Of a DNA stretch of 64,000 nucleotides, positions 26,905 through 39,376 are shown piece after piece. The notes below the pieces were generated by a model, which was not told where the DNA came from, ran no database searches, and was given only the letters and a program-made list of their open reading frames with translations. Position 1 is the first letter of the stretch. The number at the start of each line of letters is the position of its first letter. Source of the stretch: Blasia pusilla. Lineage: Eukaryota. Both the position numbers and the translations under genes were made by a program. Where the stretch lies: positions 41,664,001 to 41,728,000 of the forward strand of contig CM114271.1 of assembly GCA_050084515.1 (NCBI GenBank), in the 5' to 3' direction.

Positions 26905-28704
26905 CTGAGTCTCTTGGTGCGGCGGCGTGAAACTCCGCTCACTCCCTGCTCGCCAATTGCAAAACTGAGGTGTCGAACTCGAAATTGGAGAAGGTCATTA
27001 GTGGCTACTAGACGGTTGGATCTGAACGAACCCAAATCTACACCGTTCATCCTTATGACCCAACTATTCGTCACACAAAGAAGGTGGGGATCGACTTTGG
27101 AGACACGGAGGCAGCTCATTGGTTGTTGCTAGGATCGAGCCTCCGTGCAAAACTTGGAGCACAGATAAACGACGAAGGTAGCCCAAACATGAACACATTC
27201 TTTCGCCGAACCGCTAAGGCCATTCGCATGCCCATATGCAATGGCATCGCGGCATATGGGTGGGATGGGTACATAGGTGATGGGTACTTGGGTGCAGGCC
27301 GACCCGCCGCGGATATCCGACCCACAGGGCGGATATATAGCTGGTCGGCCGGAACTACTCTTCCGGCCTACTCGGGGAGAGGGTGAGAGCGGGTCAGGGG
27401 TGGGATGACGGGTGGGTAGGGGGCGTAGGGGGGTTCCGGGGGTTCTGGAGGACCAGAGCCCCAGAGCCATAAAGGCTCTGAGTTCTCGGTCTATCGAGAG
27501 CCAGTTGAGAGATACCTCTAGAGGTAGCTCGGAGCGTCGGAGTTAACGGAAGTAACTAACCTCTCTGTGAGGTCTGGCCCCGCTCCGGCCCTCTCTTGAG
27601 AAGCGGCATTTCAGTTTGTAGTACGCATGCGCGCCGTCTGCTCGTCCTGAGTTCTGAGGGTTTTGAGGGTTTTGCGGACGTGGGTGGGGGGGAGCGAAGA
27701 GTGAAATGCAGGCAGGCAACGGAGATGGCGTGGGCGGAAAAAGCCCGAAAACGAACTCCTCGAGGCAGGTAGCAGGGCAGGTTGAACGTGAATGTGGAAC
27801 CTACGAGCGTCGTTGAACGGTGGCTGACCCTTTGTGGCTTTGGATCCGAGCTGGCAAGAATGACTCCCGGGGTATTGAGTGCATTTGGTGGGAATTGGGA
27901 CGCCCAATTATGTGGATGGTGATTTTGAAAATTTATTCAATCACATCCGAGAAATTTGAAGATCTTCCAGCGGAAGGCGAATTTCGCTGTAATTCAGGTC
28001 AATGCAAGGTGTGGTTGTTGTGGGATGGCGTTGTCGACAGGTAAATTTGAGGAATTCCCTGTGGCTACACATTTGACTCGAGGATTTGAATGATTTCAGG
28101 TTCATTTAATATAAGGGTATGCGATGGAATTAGTTGATAAGGATTCTATGTGCTGTAGTTGATAGGATGCTGTAAAGGGTTTTGGAGAGAATTTGTAAGT
28201 GTCCTGAAAAGATTCTGGGAAAGTTATTACGTGAATGAAGGGTTACGATTCGAAATCAGTTCGTAATATTTAGGGTTTGATATCTTAGGCTGGAATATCA
28301 GACTATGTGTTGAAAGTTCAATCTTCAATGCCCCGCTGGGCTTAAGTTGTCCTGACAAAATCTCTCTGGAAGAACTTCAGTGAAGCATACATGTAGCGAT
28401 TCCTGTCTGATTCTTAGTTGCCACGGTCTCTGGGATCCTGGGTTTCACTAAATTTGCAAAATTTTGTGGGTTTGAAAGCTGACAGGGAGTAGAAGCAGCG
28501 AATTTACGGGGAAAAAAGTGCAGAGCGATGAGCTTCCGTTTGGGAACGCAACTTTCTGGCTAACTAGAGAAGGATGGAAGCTGCCAACTTTCTGGGGACT
28601 GTCGACACTTAGGGCCGAGTTATGGTCCTGAACTTGTGATCTGTACCTTATTCTCCCTTGGCTCCCCTTTTTGCCGTCCCGAAGAGAAGCCAAACGTGTT
28701 ACAA

Positions 28705-31700
28705 ATGGAGACGAGCAATGGGGAAACAAGGAAGTCCTTAGAGAGGGCAAGTGACACGATGATGGTGGATGCACCCTCTGAATCGCCGTTTACCTTACTG
28801 AATCAACCGAAGTTGGAACTTTTTGATGCCATACCCGCCACTACTGCACCCACCGTAGCAAAGCCTCGATTTGAACCAAAAGTTAAACCTCGGGGTCCCC
28901 AAGCAAAGTCTCGAGTGTCGAAGCTCGCCCCACTTCCTCCTCGACCGGAGACACTTCAAAGCGCTAGCTCAGCACTCTCAAAATTAGATATATCTCCTAA
29001 CCCGAGTATTGACGTGAAACTCTCAGAGGCAGTTCCTCCTAGGTCTCAAAATGGGCCGAGTGATTCAATCGGCGGGGAGACTTTCAGTTCAGCGTCTACG
29101 CCTGGCCTCGTAAAGGTTAAGACAGAGTCCCTGCCGAAGGTGAAATTGGAGTCAGATGTCAGCGAGTCTATGCTGGTTGCTAAGGAAGAAGATACGTCTC
29201 TGAGGTTGGATCAGGAATTTCTCTTTGGAGCAGGTTCTGTCCCGAAACAAGAAAATCAACCACAACATGCTGATGAGCGAGTCAAATCTGATGTAGACCG
29301 TGTTGTACGCGAAATTGACGTGTTCGTGTCTCGCTCCGTCGATCCAGATACACAGGTTTTTTTGGGTTTTCGTTCTCTCCTTCTGTTGTAACTACTTTCG
29401 GCGTAGAGGAGAATATGATGAGTGCCATCCCTGTCAGAATTGCGTTTTGTAACCCTGCCTCAAGTCATGATGATGATACCTACTCAGAAAGATTGGGTGA
29501 ACTGCTTCATTTGAATGTATGTTTTGTTTTAATGGAGTTGCGTCATGAATTTCTGAAAGATACTTGATAGCATTCAAGGCCTTTACGAATTATTAGATGC
29601 TGGAGCGGTTTATGAAAATCTTGGTACCCTTGGACTGACTTTGTTTTCTTACCCACTGCTGGATCATAAATCTGATCTTTTGTCTTTATTTCTATGCAGT
29701 TATATCTTCTCCAATATCCCTTGAGGCCTGCATGGCGACCTTATGGATTGGAAGAACAGTGCCAAGAGGTGAAAGAAATTTGCTCTTGACTCTACTTCCT
29801 TATCAAGTGGGTGTTTCTTTATTGCTCCCGGCAAGATGCGTTCCTTTGCCAAAAATTTGTATACTGGGTCTTGTGCCATATGTGGCGAGCTAAGAGTATT
29901 ACTGGTACGTGTAGTGGTATACTGAAATCTTCCAGCCAAGGAGACAAGTGGAGGCCACACTTATTGACAGACATCATGAGAACCACAAGCATTGCTAAGG
30001 GACAATTGTGGGCTATTGGAGCATTTGGGAACTTAGAAATACACAGATGCAGCTTACTGTATGAATGCCTCTCCCAGTCTTTATTTCTTTGCGCCCTGTC
30101 TATGGATCCAAGCTCTTGGCCATCCTGTATAGGGCCTGGGAATGGAGGGATTGGATGCCAGTACTACATGTGGTGAAGAATGATGGATTATATTGTCAGA
30201 TTTGACAAGATAGTCAATCACTCTTCATCACTACTGAGAGCTGACGACATGTGATTTAGTCGAGTCCCTGATAGAAGCTGGTTGCCTTTCGGGAAACTCC
30301 AATATATGTAACGGTCAGAGCCCCTCCGGAGGGATTGCCACAGTGCCCCAGAAATGGAAACAAACAAGCATTGAAAGAAAGCAGTCTTTTATCCCTGCGT
30401 GAAATGTTAAGGCAGAAATTTTCAAGTGTATAATATAGATTGTGAAATAACTATCGAATGTGTCCGTCTTAAATTTAACATATCACACCCTCGTTCCAGG
30501 TTCTGCCTTAACTAAACTTTTGCTTGTGGAGATGGATTACCAAGATTGTGTATGAATGAGAGTGAGTTGTAATTCCCAGTGATTAAACCTAAAATGCTTG
30601 ATTTCATTCGGGTCAAAACCTAGTGGAGCAGTCCTTCTGGTGCCCCCAGTGTTGTGTTTGTTGAATTCCATCTTTGTTAGATGGTGAGGTTTCCCTCAGG
30701 TTTTAGCATGATAGTTTGTGATGCACCCTCTCAAGCATTCCTCACCTGGTTGAACGAGTTTAGGGTTTTCCTGTGGACAGTATGCAAAGCTTTGTTTTGA
30801 GTTTCCTCTCTCTACGTACAGACATGTCTCGCGCAGAAAACTTACCCTTATAACCTCACAACTAACTGATGACATACATGCAAACATGTACTCATCAGGT
30901 CCGCGTGAAGGCAGTGCAGAAAAAGTTGGAGCTAGATCTTGCTATTGATGTTGACACTGAAAACTATGACCCAGATGCAGCTGAACACCTGCAGATCAAG
31001 AAGCAGGTTAGTGAATGCAGGCTGAAGGATTTCTTGGTGTAAGCTTTTGTGAGTTAAAAGTTAGATGTCTACTGTTTTCTGATGATGAAACTTTATTTCT
31101 TCCACGTTATTTATTTATCTTTCTGCAAATGTTTTTTGTCCATTGGATGTAGTGAATGCAACTATTGAATGTTTCATGGATCTTTTGTTTTGTTCTCAGG
31201 GCATCGAGACATTGGGCACATTTAGTTTTAATATTCCATGAGTTTTCTGCTGACGTTTTTCTGATGGCTTATCCTCTCATGCAAGCCAGGGTTCAAGCTT
31301 TACAGTCTTGAATCTTTGATGGATCTGTTGTTCTGTCTTCGGGGGATCTAGACACTGTGTAATCAGTTCTACAAATGTCCTAGGAACTTTCTGCTGACTC
31401 TTTGCTGATGGCTTTTATCTTGGGATGTGATCATGAAAGACATTGTCATCATCAAAGATTGCTCTCACTACAAGTTATGCCATTGGTGTATTACAAGGTA
31501 ACAAGGTTAGTCTTCCTTACCTCTTGTTTCCATGATCGGTGCCACTCTCTCAATTCTGAATGAAGATGGAAGCATAATGTAGACATAAGCCTGGCCCTGT
31601 GATGAAGACAAAAGCACATGAGTACACAGAAGTCTGAAACTTTATGCTTACTAGAGCATATATATGTATTGACATGGTTGAATGTTTCACCATTCTGCAT

Positions 31701-34700
31701 CAAAGAGTGCCCAGATTGTAATCAGTGCCGATAACTTAACCGTACAGTGACAGATGAAGCCCAAGTGAACTGGTTTACACTGTTCTTGATAAACATGGTC
31801 TTGTGGATTGTGTAGTTTATTTTTTGCTCTGGCGAGATGCAGTGTTTACTGGTTGGAATAAGGAATCTCGGAAATTTGTGAACGAATGTCTTTACTATGA
31901 GTACTGATCATTTTCTGCTTCATGGGACTTTTCTGCAGTTGCATCTGAATCCCTTACAAGCTGTAGTTCAATTGCGGCCTTCCATGAAGTACCTGGATGA
32001 GGCTGAGGCTGAAGCAGCCAAGAAAAAACAGGGTGCTACCTCTGCCGTTGATGGAGATGAGGAAATGGCAGATAGTGAGCCTGCTGAGGCAACTCCTGAG
32101 CTTGTTGCATTACAGGTTTCTCTCTCTCTCCCTCAATTCCCTCCCTCCTCTCATATGGTACCTTCTTCACTTGTTCCTCTCTCTACACCCATCCCAGTCT
32201 CGAGCACCGTCCAACCAGGGCGCGGGGTCAATGGTTGCAAGGCTACAACAGGCACTACTTAATTAATGAGTACAGTCTCCCTCAATTCCGAGAGTGTCCC
32301 TCCTCTCATATGGTACCTTCTTCACTTCTTCCTCTCTCTACACCCATCTCAGTCTCAAGGACCGTCCAACCAGGGCGCAGGGTCTATTATCACAAGGCCA
32401 CAACAGGCACTACTTAATGAGTACAGTCTCTCTCAATTCCGAGAGTGTCTCCCTCCTCTCATATGGTACCTTCTTCACTTCTTCCTCTGTCTACACCCAT
32501 CCCAGTCTCAAGCACCGTCCAACCAGGGCGCGGGGTCTATGGTCGCAAGGCCACGACATGCACTACTTAATGAGTACAGTCTCCCTCAATTCCTCAAGCA
32601 CCGTCCAACCGAGGCGCGGGGTCTATGGTCGCAAGGCTACGACAGGCACTACTTAATGAGTACAGTCTCCCTCAATTCCTTTTGCCAAGCTGGTAACACC
32701 AGAATTGTTCAACACATTCAGTAGCGTAGATTCATTGTCCAAAGCTGCTGCACTGGTAAGTAATGTCTATTGGGGATCCCAATCAGGTGAAGTAGATGGT
32801 GTGGTGAAGAGTTTCTTGGTTGACACTTGGAAGCTCCGCACAAACACATTGTTTGGTCGGCACTCACACTAGATGAGAGTGTCTCCCTCCTCTCATATGG
32901 TACCTTCTTCACTTGTTCCTCTCTCTACACCCATCCCAGACTCTAGCACCGTCCAACCAGGGTGCGGGGTCTATGGTTGCAAGGCTATGACAGGCACTAA
33001 TTAATGAGTAATCTCCCTCAATTCCTACACTGCCAGAACATCACATCAGAAGTAAAGCGCTCTGTCATTTTGCATACCATTTGTCCCTCGCTGGAATATG
33101 GGGCAGTATGGGATGCCAACACCAAACAAAGGAACAGGCTTGAAGCTGTGCAGCTGAAGGCGTTTCGGGGCATGATGTCAGCTTCCTCACGAACAGCCCG
33201 AGTTGGTGTGAGATCAGAACTCGGAGTGGAACCCTTGGAGGATAGACGTGACATTGCCAAGTTGAAATGGCCGAGGCAGTTGGAGACAATGAACTCCCAT
33301 TGCTATCCTAAAGAGGTGATGGGGGAAAACTTGGGCCTAAAGAAGACCTGTAAAGCAGGCCAAATCTTGGACAAAAAAGGTTCCATAGATTGTGCAAGCA
33401 ACCAAGTACCCAGCAGGCCTGAACAGTGGGAGCAAGATGAGAAAGCATTTGTGGATACCATGACCAAAGCAGCAGGCAGACGTTCACAGCAGAACAGCAC
33501 GGAGAAAGCCATGAAAATGTCTGCCATCTCTCTCTTGACGGTATATCCTGGAAAGGCAGAACTGGAGAACTATTTGCGGAACCTTGCTTGGGAACCCGGC
33601 TCAAGTTCAAGTTTATGATGGGGGCAATCCCCTGGAACCATAAGAGAAGCAGGATGGGAACACAACTAAGCTCTTGCGCCTTGTGTGACGATGGAGATAA
33701 AACCTCTAGTCATTACTTGGTCTCGTGCCCAAAATTCACAACACACAGAGCAAGAGCATATGCCAATATTGCTAATCTGGTAACACCAGAATTGTTCAAC
33801 ATATTCAGTAGCCTTGATTCATTGCCCAACTCTGCTGCACTGGTAAATAATGTCTATTGGGGATCCCAATCAGGTAAAGTAGATGGTGTGGTGAAGAGTT
33901 TCTTGGTTGACACTTCGAAGCTCCACACAAACACGTGGTTTGGTCAGCACTCACACTATATGAGAGTGTCTCCCTCCTCTCATATGGTACCTTCTTCACG
34001 TGTTCCTCTCTCTACACCCATCCCAGTCTCAAGCACCATCCAACCAGGGCGCGGGGTTTAAGGTCCCAAGTCTATGACAGGCACTACTTAGTGAGTACAG
34101 TCTCTCTTTCAGTTCTCCTCACCAACATGTCATATGGTCAGCACTCGCACTACATGACAGTCTCCCTCCACTCAGATGGTACCTTTTTCACTTCTTCCTC
34201 TCTCTACACCCATGCCAGTCTCAGGCACCATCCAACCAGGGTGGGGGGTCTATGGTCGCAAGGCTACGACAGGCACGACTTACTGAGTACAGTCTCTCAG
34301 TTCTCCTTTGTCCCCAGGTCAGGCACAACCCAGTAATGTGCTACTGGTTCTATGGGTGTAAGCGTATGACAGGCAACGCTTAATACAAAGAGTCTCTATC
34401 TCCTACAAATGCTCAAGATAGGAGTGTTGAACCATTCTGAAGAGCAGGTCTTGCCTAACCCATAAGGCTGTGGGGTCTTTGGTTGTATTACAAAAGGCAC
34501 CTCTCTATGGACTGAGTCTCTATCTGAAAGTTGCAGATAAGTTTCTTGCATGATTCAAAAGATCAGGACTGGTTTTATGTTCTTTGGTGGGTTCTAGAGC
34601 GGCCTCTTATCACAGGTTTCCAGTACTCTATCCCTTGTTCCCTGATATGGATACTTAGATCAATTCTATTTTATTCCGTTTGTAAGAGAAACACTCCTTT

Positions 34701-37700
34701 TTGGCTATTTTTAAGCCCCATATTGAATATTTATCTGCTTTCCCAGGGACATTTCATTGTTGGGTTTATGTACTTCAGGCTTTTTTCACTTATTGATGTA
34801 ATTTAAGATACATGTGTGTTAGTATTGCTGAAAGTACCATCTATGGGGCCATCCCTTCTTGATGTCTTAAAGCATATATCATGCCTTTGCCTCACATGAC
34901 TTGCCAAAATTGCTTTTCTCTGATTAAATAATATGTAGTCAGAGATTATCTTTTTTTTGCTTGACAGAGAAGAGCATGTTTAGGTGAGTGATCTATGCCC
35001 ACATTTATAGCAATAATCAATGCTTCCACAGTGTCTTTGGGATCACTGTCTTCCAGGTGAATGTGCGAAGGCGTGAAACAGAATGGCAAGAAGAAAACAG
35101 GCTACATTCCCATGGATATCTGAAGCAACTGGACGAAGCAGAGGTGTGCTAATCTGGTGTTTGGAGTTAAGCATTGTCTTATGAGAAAATGCTGCACATA
35201 AGGTGTATAATGATGATTAGGGTCAATGAATTTGCATGGGCTTGCCCTGAAAGATGAAAGGTTGTTTTGTCCGAGTTTGTATTTTTCAGTTTGAACACCA
35301 CTAATTTGGTGGATCTGTTACAATTGACTTATATCCCTATTAGCGGTGTTTTTATGTTCCAATGTAGTTTATATTTGGCATTCCTTTCCTCGGATCCATA
35401 TCTTGCATTTCTGGGATCACATTCTTCAGTGTGACCAGTAAGAGATGGAGGGGAATTGTATGTGTCTGCTACATGAATGTTATGGATAGATCGTAAGTAA
35501 CATCTTTTTCATTATATGGTCAACTATTTAAGCTTTTCCTGAATGTTTTTTTTGTGATGATTTGCGCAGCCCTGGATACCCTTAGAACCTCATGGGGTTG
35601 ACAGCCCTGTGACTGATGCAGTTCGCTGTAAAATGATTGCATCATCAAGTTCTCAAATTCCTTTCAAGTTGCGGCCGTATGTATCCCATCCTTATATGAT
35701 TGGGCCTCCAGGATAGTCCTGTGTTTTGTCTGCACTTGTCATCCACCAGCAGAGAACCACAATGCTACGAATTAGGAGGAACTCTACTCATTTGTATGTT
35801 GAAAAGCATATGAATGGCAGTAATGATGCTCATGGTTCTTTCCTGCTGCATCTAATCTCTAATTTGGTCGTAACTTTTGTACGTATATAGGGATGACTAC
35901 ATTAAGAAGCTGGTCCCTGGCCATGGGACTGTAAGTTCAAGTGATGTATTATCTGGTGATGGGAGTGGGAGTGCGGGTTTCTCTAGAAGGTAAGCCTGGT
36001 TGACGTTACCTCCTTGTTGTCCATAGCCTGAGCACCTTGTCATATCACTTGGATGCACATATTGTGCCTCTTGCTCACTCTGTGTGTTTTGACATTGCAG
36101 TTTTTTGAATACGTTGCCACTGGAGAAGCGATTTCACCTTCTCTTGTCAAAGGTCAGCCTTTTAGAGACCAGAGTTTGCCACACTGTTTTGAGGTGCCTC
36201 TGGTACATTAGCAAGTGCTTTCACATATGCTTTCATAATATATGTGTGTCTCAGTTTCTGGAAACTTTTAAACTGGATATGTAGGAGGTTACTGCATGTT
36301 ATTGGTACCTTTCTCTATCAAGATCTGAATTAAAATACCATGCTCCTCCAAGATGAAGGGTCATACTATGGCAACATGAAAAGCTTATCAGCAGCAAGCT
36401 GTAAAGGTCAAAGTGAAATAGAACCAAGATTTTTGGACTCAACAGAGTAATTTCGAACCCAAGGTCAAGGTTATAAACTTTATGTTATGAATTTGGCTTT
36501 TGAAAAGAGTAGTGTGCATCTGAGCCAAATTTATCATCCCCACCAAGTTGCGACTGATATGAAATTATGATAGTGGTCATCTTATCTTCATGTCGGTAGC
36601 CAGTTGTCTTTTAGACTCTTATCATCCATCCATATAAAATCTAGACAGCACTAAATGTGGTCTCTACATGAGAAAGTTCAAACCTATCAGTGGTTGTACA
36701 TGGGATTGGCTCTGTACAGGAATTCCAACTGTGAGTAGTCTACCAAAATTTGGAGAAAGAGAAAACTTACTGGAGCGAACTGTTGGAAATTGAGGATGTA
36801 AGGTACTAGTTTTGCAGACACTTTTATGTCTGTTAACAACGACATCCATCTGTTGTCCATCATCCAGTTCCACTTTTTTGTGAAAAACTTAATTCAACCT
36901 TCCTTTCCTGCAGCCTTGCATTTAGATTGTAGGTTGCTTATATCATGTGCAGTGGAAACATTGCAACTAAGAGTAATGATTACATAATCAGACAATTTTC
37001 AGCATTACAAGTAAGAGCAGTAACTAGATAGTTGTACCATGTGCGGTTAAGTTTTATTTTTTCAAATCATTTTTCAACTCTTCTCTGATACATCTGTTCA
37101 TCTCCTCCTTTCCTCTTTCTATCTCCATAACATTTTATCCTTTGTAACTGCTACGTTAACCCAGTTGATCGCAAACTCTTATTCGTTAATGTGCTCAAAC
37201 AGAAGAAGGTGGTCATCTGTGAGGGTCTTGTGATTCATCCCTTATGTTTACATTGTCTCCGGTCTCCAGCCTCATGATAACATATTATGTTACTTTGCCA
37301 ATTTGACGAACATGGCACTGCCTCCCACAGGATTAAATGCTTAGCTCACATCATTACTCAAAGAACTTTTTTATTTTGGAAGTTCTCTGTACCATGGTTT
37401 TAAGAAAGGTGAACTTAGGTATAAGAATGAAACAAGAGTATCTTTAACCAAGTTCTTCCATCGTACATGTGAGATGACATCCTAGTAAAGCATTTCATAG
37501 ATTTCTCCTATTTCAGGACTGATACCCATCTGTGTTTTGTGGTCGAAATCACAGGGCCGTGTCCATGTTCTACAGTTCGAAAGGTTAATGAAGCTGGCAC
37601 CAGATGACTGCACAGAACAGGATGTTTTGAATGTGCTTCAAGAGAAAGCTGTCCTAGTACAAGGTTGCTGGGTTGCTGCTAGTAGCCTTCGTTTCTCTAA

Positions 37701-39376
37701 GCCGGTAGCGATTATCAGAGACTACCTTCTCTTACTTTTCACTAGGAACAGAGTTGTTCAGCATTCTCAGCTGGAAGACCTTCGGATCTCCAAGGAAATC
37801 TTGAGGGAAATTTTGCTCTCATTTGCTATCCAATCAGGTGTTACAGCAAGCTGGGAGTTTCAGGAAAGTACGGATAGATCATTTATCAAGCGCCACCAGA
37901 CTGTGGTTAAAGAGCAGGCACAACGCTGGGCAGAGGTGGAGAATCATCTTCGAGAGACTGTAAAGGGTCTTGAGGTTTCAAGCTTCAAAGCGGTTGGAAA
38001 GTCTCATATTGATTTGTCAAGTGTGAAGGAAGTCACAAAGAGAGCAGGATTAGGTTTACAAATTGGAGGCCTCACTAAACCATTTTCAGCCTCTGAGAAG
38101 GCCAAAGGGGTTCAATTCAATCTAAGTGCTGATGGCAACAACAGTCCAAAACAAATGATGGATGCGACAGTGCATACTTCTCTCTCTGAAGCAACTCTCG
38201 CTGCCTTGCCAGGGGCATTGCACAAAATTTTTATGAAGCACAATGTTTGCAGGTGTAGTTTTCATCTTATTACTTACCTTTTGTGTACTGTTTGCAACTT
38301 ACTCATTGAAAAGAGAGGTTTTTACAGAAGGTTTCTTTCTCATAATTTCCTGAGTGCAGGTGAAGAAGAGAGCATTATTATTGTTTGAAACTTTCAGATG
38401 TGAGTGTAGACTGCACCATGGTCAAATCATACACTAACAAATTGTAATAGGGGCCTTGATGGGGATACTTGTTGCAAGATGCAATGATGTGCCTATGCAG
38501 AAAGCATGAGGCTGATGATGCTAGGAGGGGTGTTCAATTTTGTCACGCCCTTGCTATATCTTATTCATTGTTACTTTCAACTTTTTCCTTGCAGGTTGCA
38601 GTTTATTTGTCAGAGTCTTCGTGCTATGGCTATAGTTGCAGCAAGTGGATCTAGTAAAGATCCATCTCATCAAGTAGCCGTGGAGGAGGCTAAGGTCAGC
38701 AGCAAAGGCTGCCTCGGCTCCCTTGCCGGAGCTAGAGGCTGCTGTGAGTAAAGTAGCTTCAAACATCGATGGTGTTTATTTCCTGACATCTTTAGGGAAT
38801 GGGACTCTAGATCCCTTCAGGTTCGTTGAGATTTTTGCCCCAACTCTTGAAAAGTGCAGGTTCATGTGCTCAGGCATTGTTTTGTATTCCTATGTTAATA
38901 TTTTGAAGCATAACGCCTTGTTTGCCTTGAGAATCAGGGAAATGTTCCTGACAAGTGGATTTTTTTTCTTAAGTTGTATTAAGCTGAAACTGTCTATGAA
39001 CTGGTTAATCCTTCCAGAAATGTCGTCATAGCCCTCTTGAGGGCAAAAGGACCAGGATCAGGTTTGCGGAAGACAGACATAATGGAAGCCTCAAAACTTG
39101 CACTGAAGACTGAAGTTCCTCAAGCTGTCTATCAAAAGGTAAAGATACAGACTGCTAATGTGGTGCCCTGGTGTCATGAAGTAATCTGTGGAAAAGATCG
39201 AACTCAGAAGTATAGGCCTTAAGTTTTTCCTCCTACTTAGATAGTTGAAAAAGATGTCCCAAGTTCCAATGGTATCATAGCTCTGAGGAGTGTTTGTTTC
39301 ACAGGTTCTCAAGGAGCTGTGCTATACGAAAGGAGGTGCTTGGGTTCTAAAACCTGGAGATGGACGCCCAGCCTAG
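28705..39376 (+). CDS. RPC5: DNA-directed RNA polymerase III subunit RPC5 (Sin-like/POLR3E); exons 28705-29355, 29700-29768, 30899-31006, 31440-31505, 31939-32115, 35057-35143, 35570-35676, 35891-35989, 36101-36152, 37555-38252, 38595-38820, 39018-39138, 39305-39376; one apparent +1 frameshift at ~38696
   Basis: Sin_N-type peptides DRVVREIDVF, LYLLQYPLRPAWRPY, KLELDLAID..NYD, YAIGVL, LHLNPLQAVVQLRPSMKYLD, AVLVQGCWV, RDYLLLLF, and C-terminal VLKELCYTKGGAWVLK. Introns are GT-AG with consistent phases. The start codon is uncertain (28705 or 28759). Confidence 0.88.
32127..34525 (+). mobile_element. Head-to-tail stack of ~9 5'-truncated LINE (RTE/RTEX-like) 3' ends in RPC5 intron 5, separated by the 14-bp sequence TCTCCCTCAATTCC
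   Basis: Copies at 32141-32275, 32290-32426, 32441-32579, 32594-32665, 32680-33011, 33026-34100 and 34119-34292, plus degenerate copies at ~34307-34392 and ~34403-34515. The common 3' end is ...GGTCTATGGTCGCAAGGCTACGACAGGCACTACTTAATGAGTACAG. Confidence 0.85.
33026..34100 (+). pseudogene. LINE ORF2 C-terminal fragment (post-RT thumb region + CCHC-type finger), frameshifted
   Basis: PSLEYGAVWD...RLEAVQLKAFR...VRSELGVEPLEDRRDIAKL and CALCDDGDKTSSHYLVSCP (Cx2Cx7Hx4C) are typical of APE-type non-LTR retrotransposon C-termini. Confidence 0.8.
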
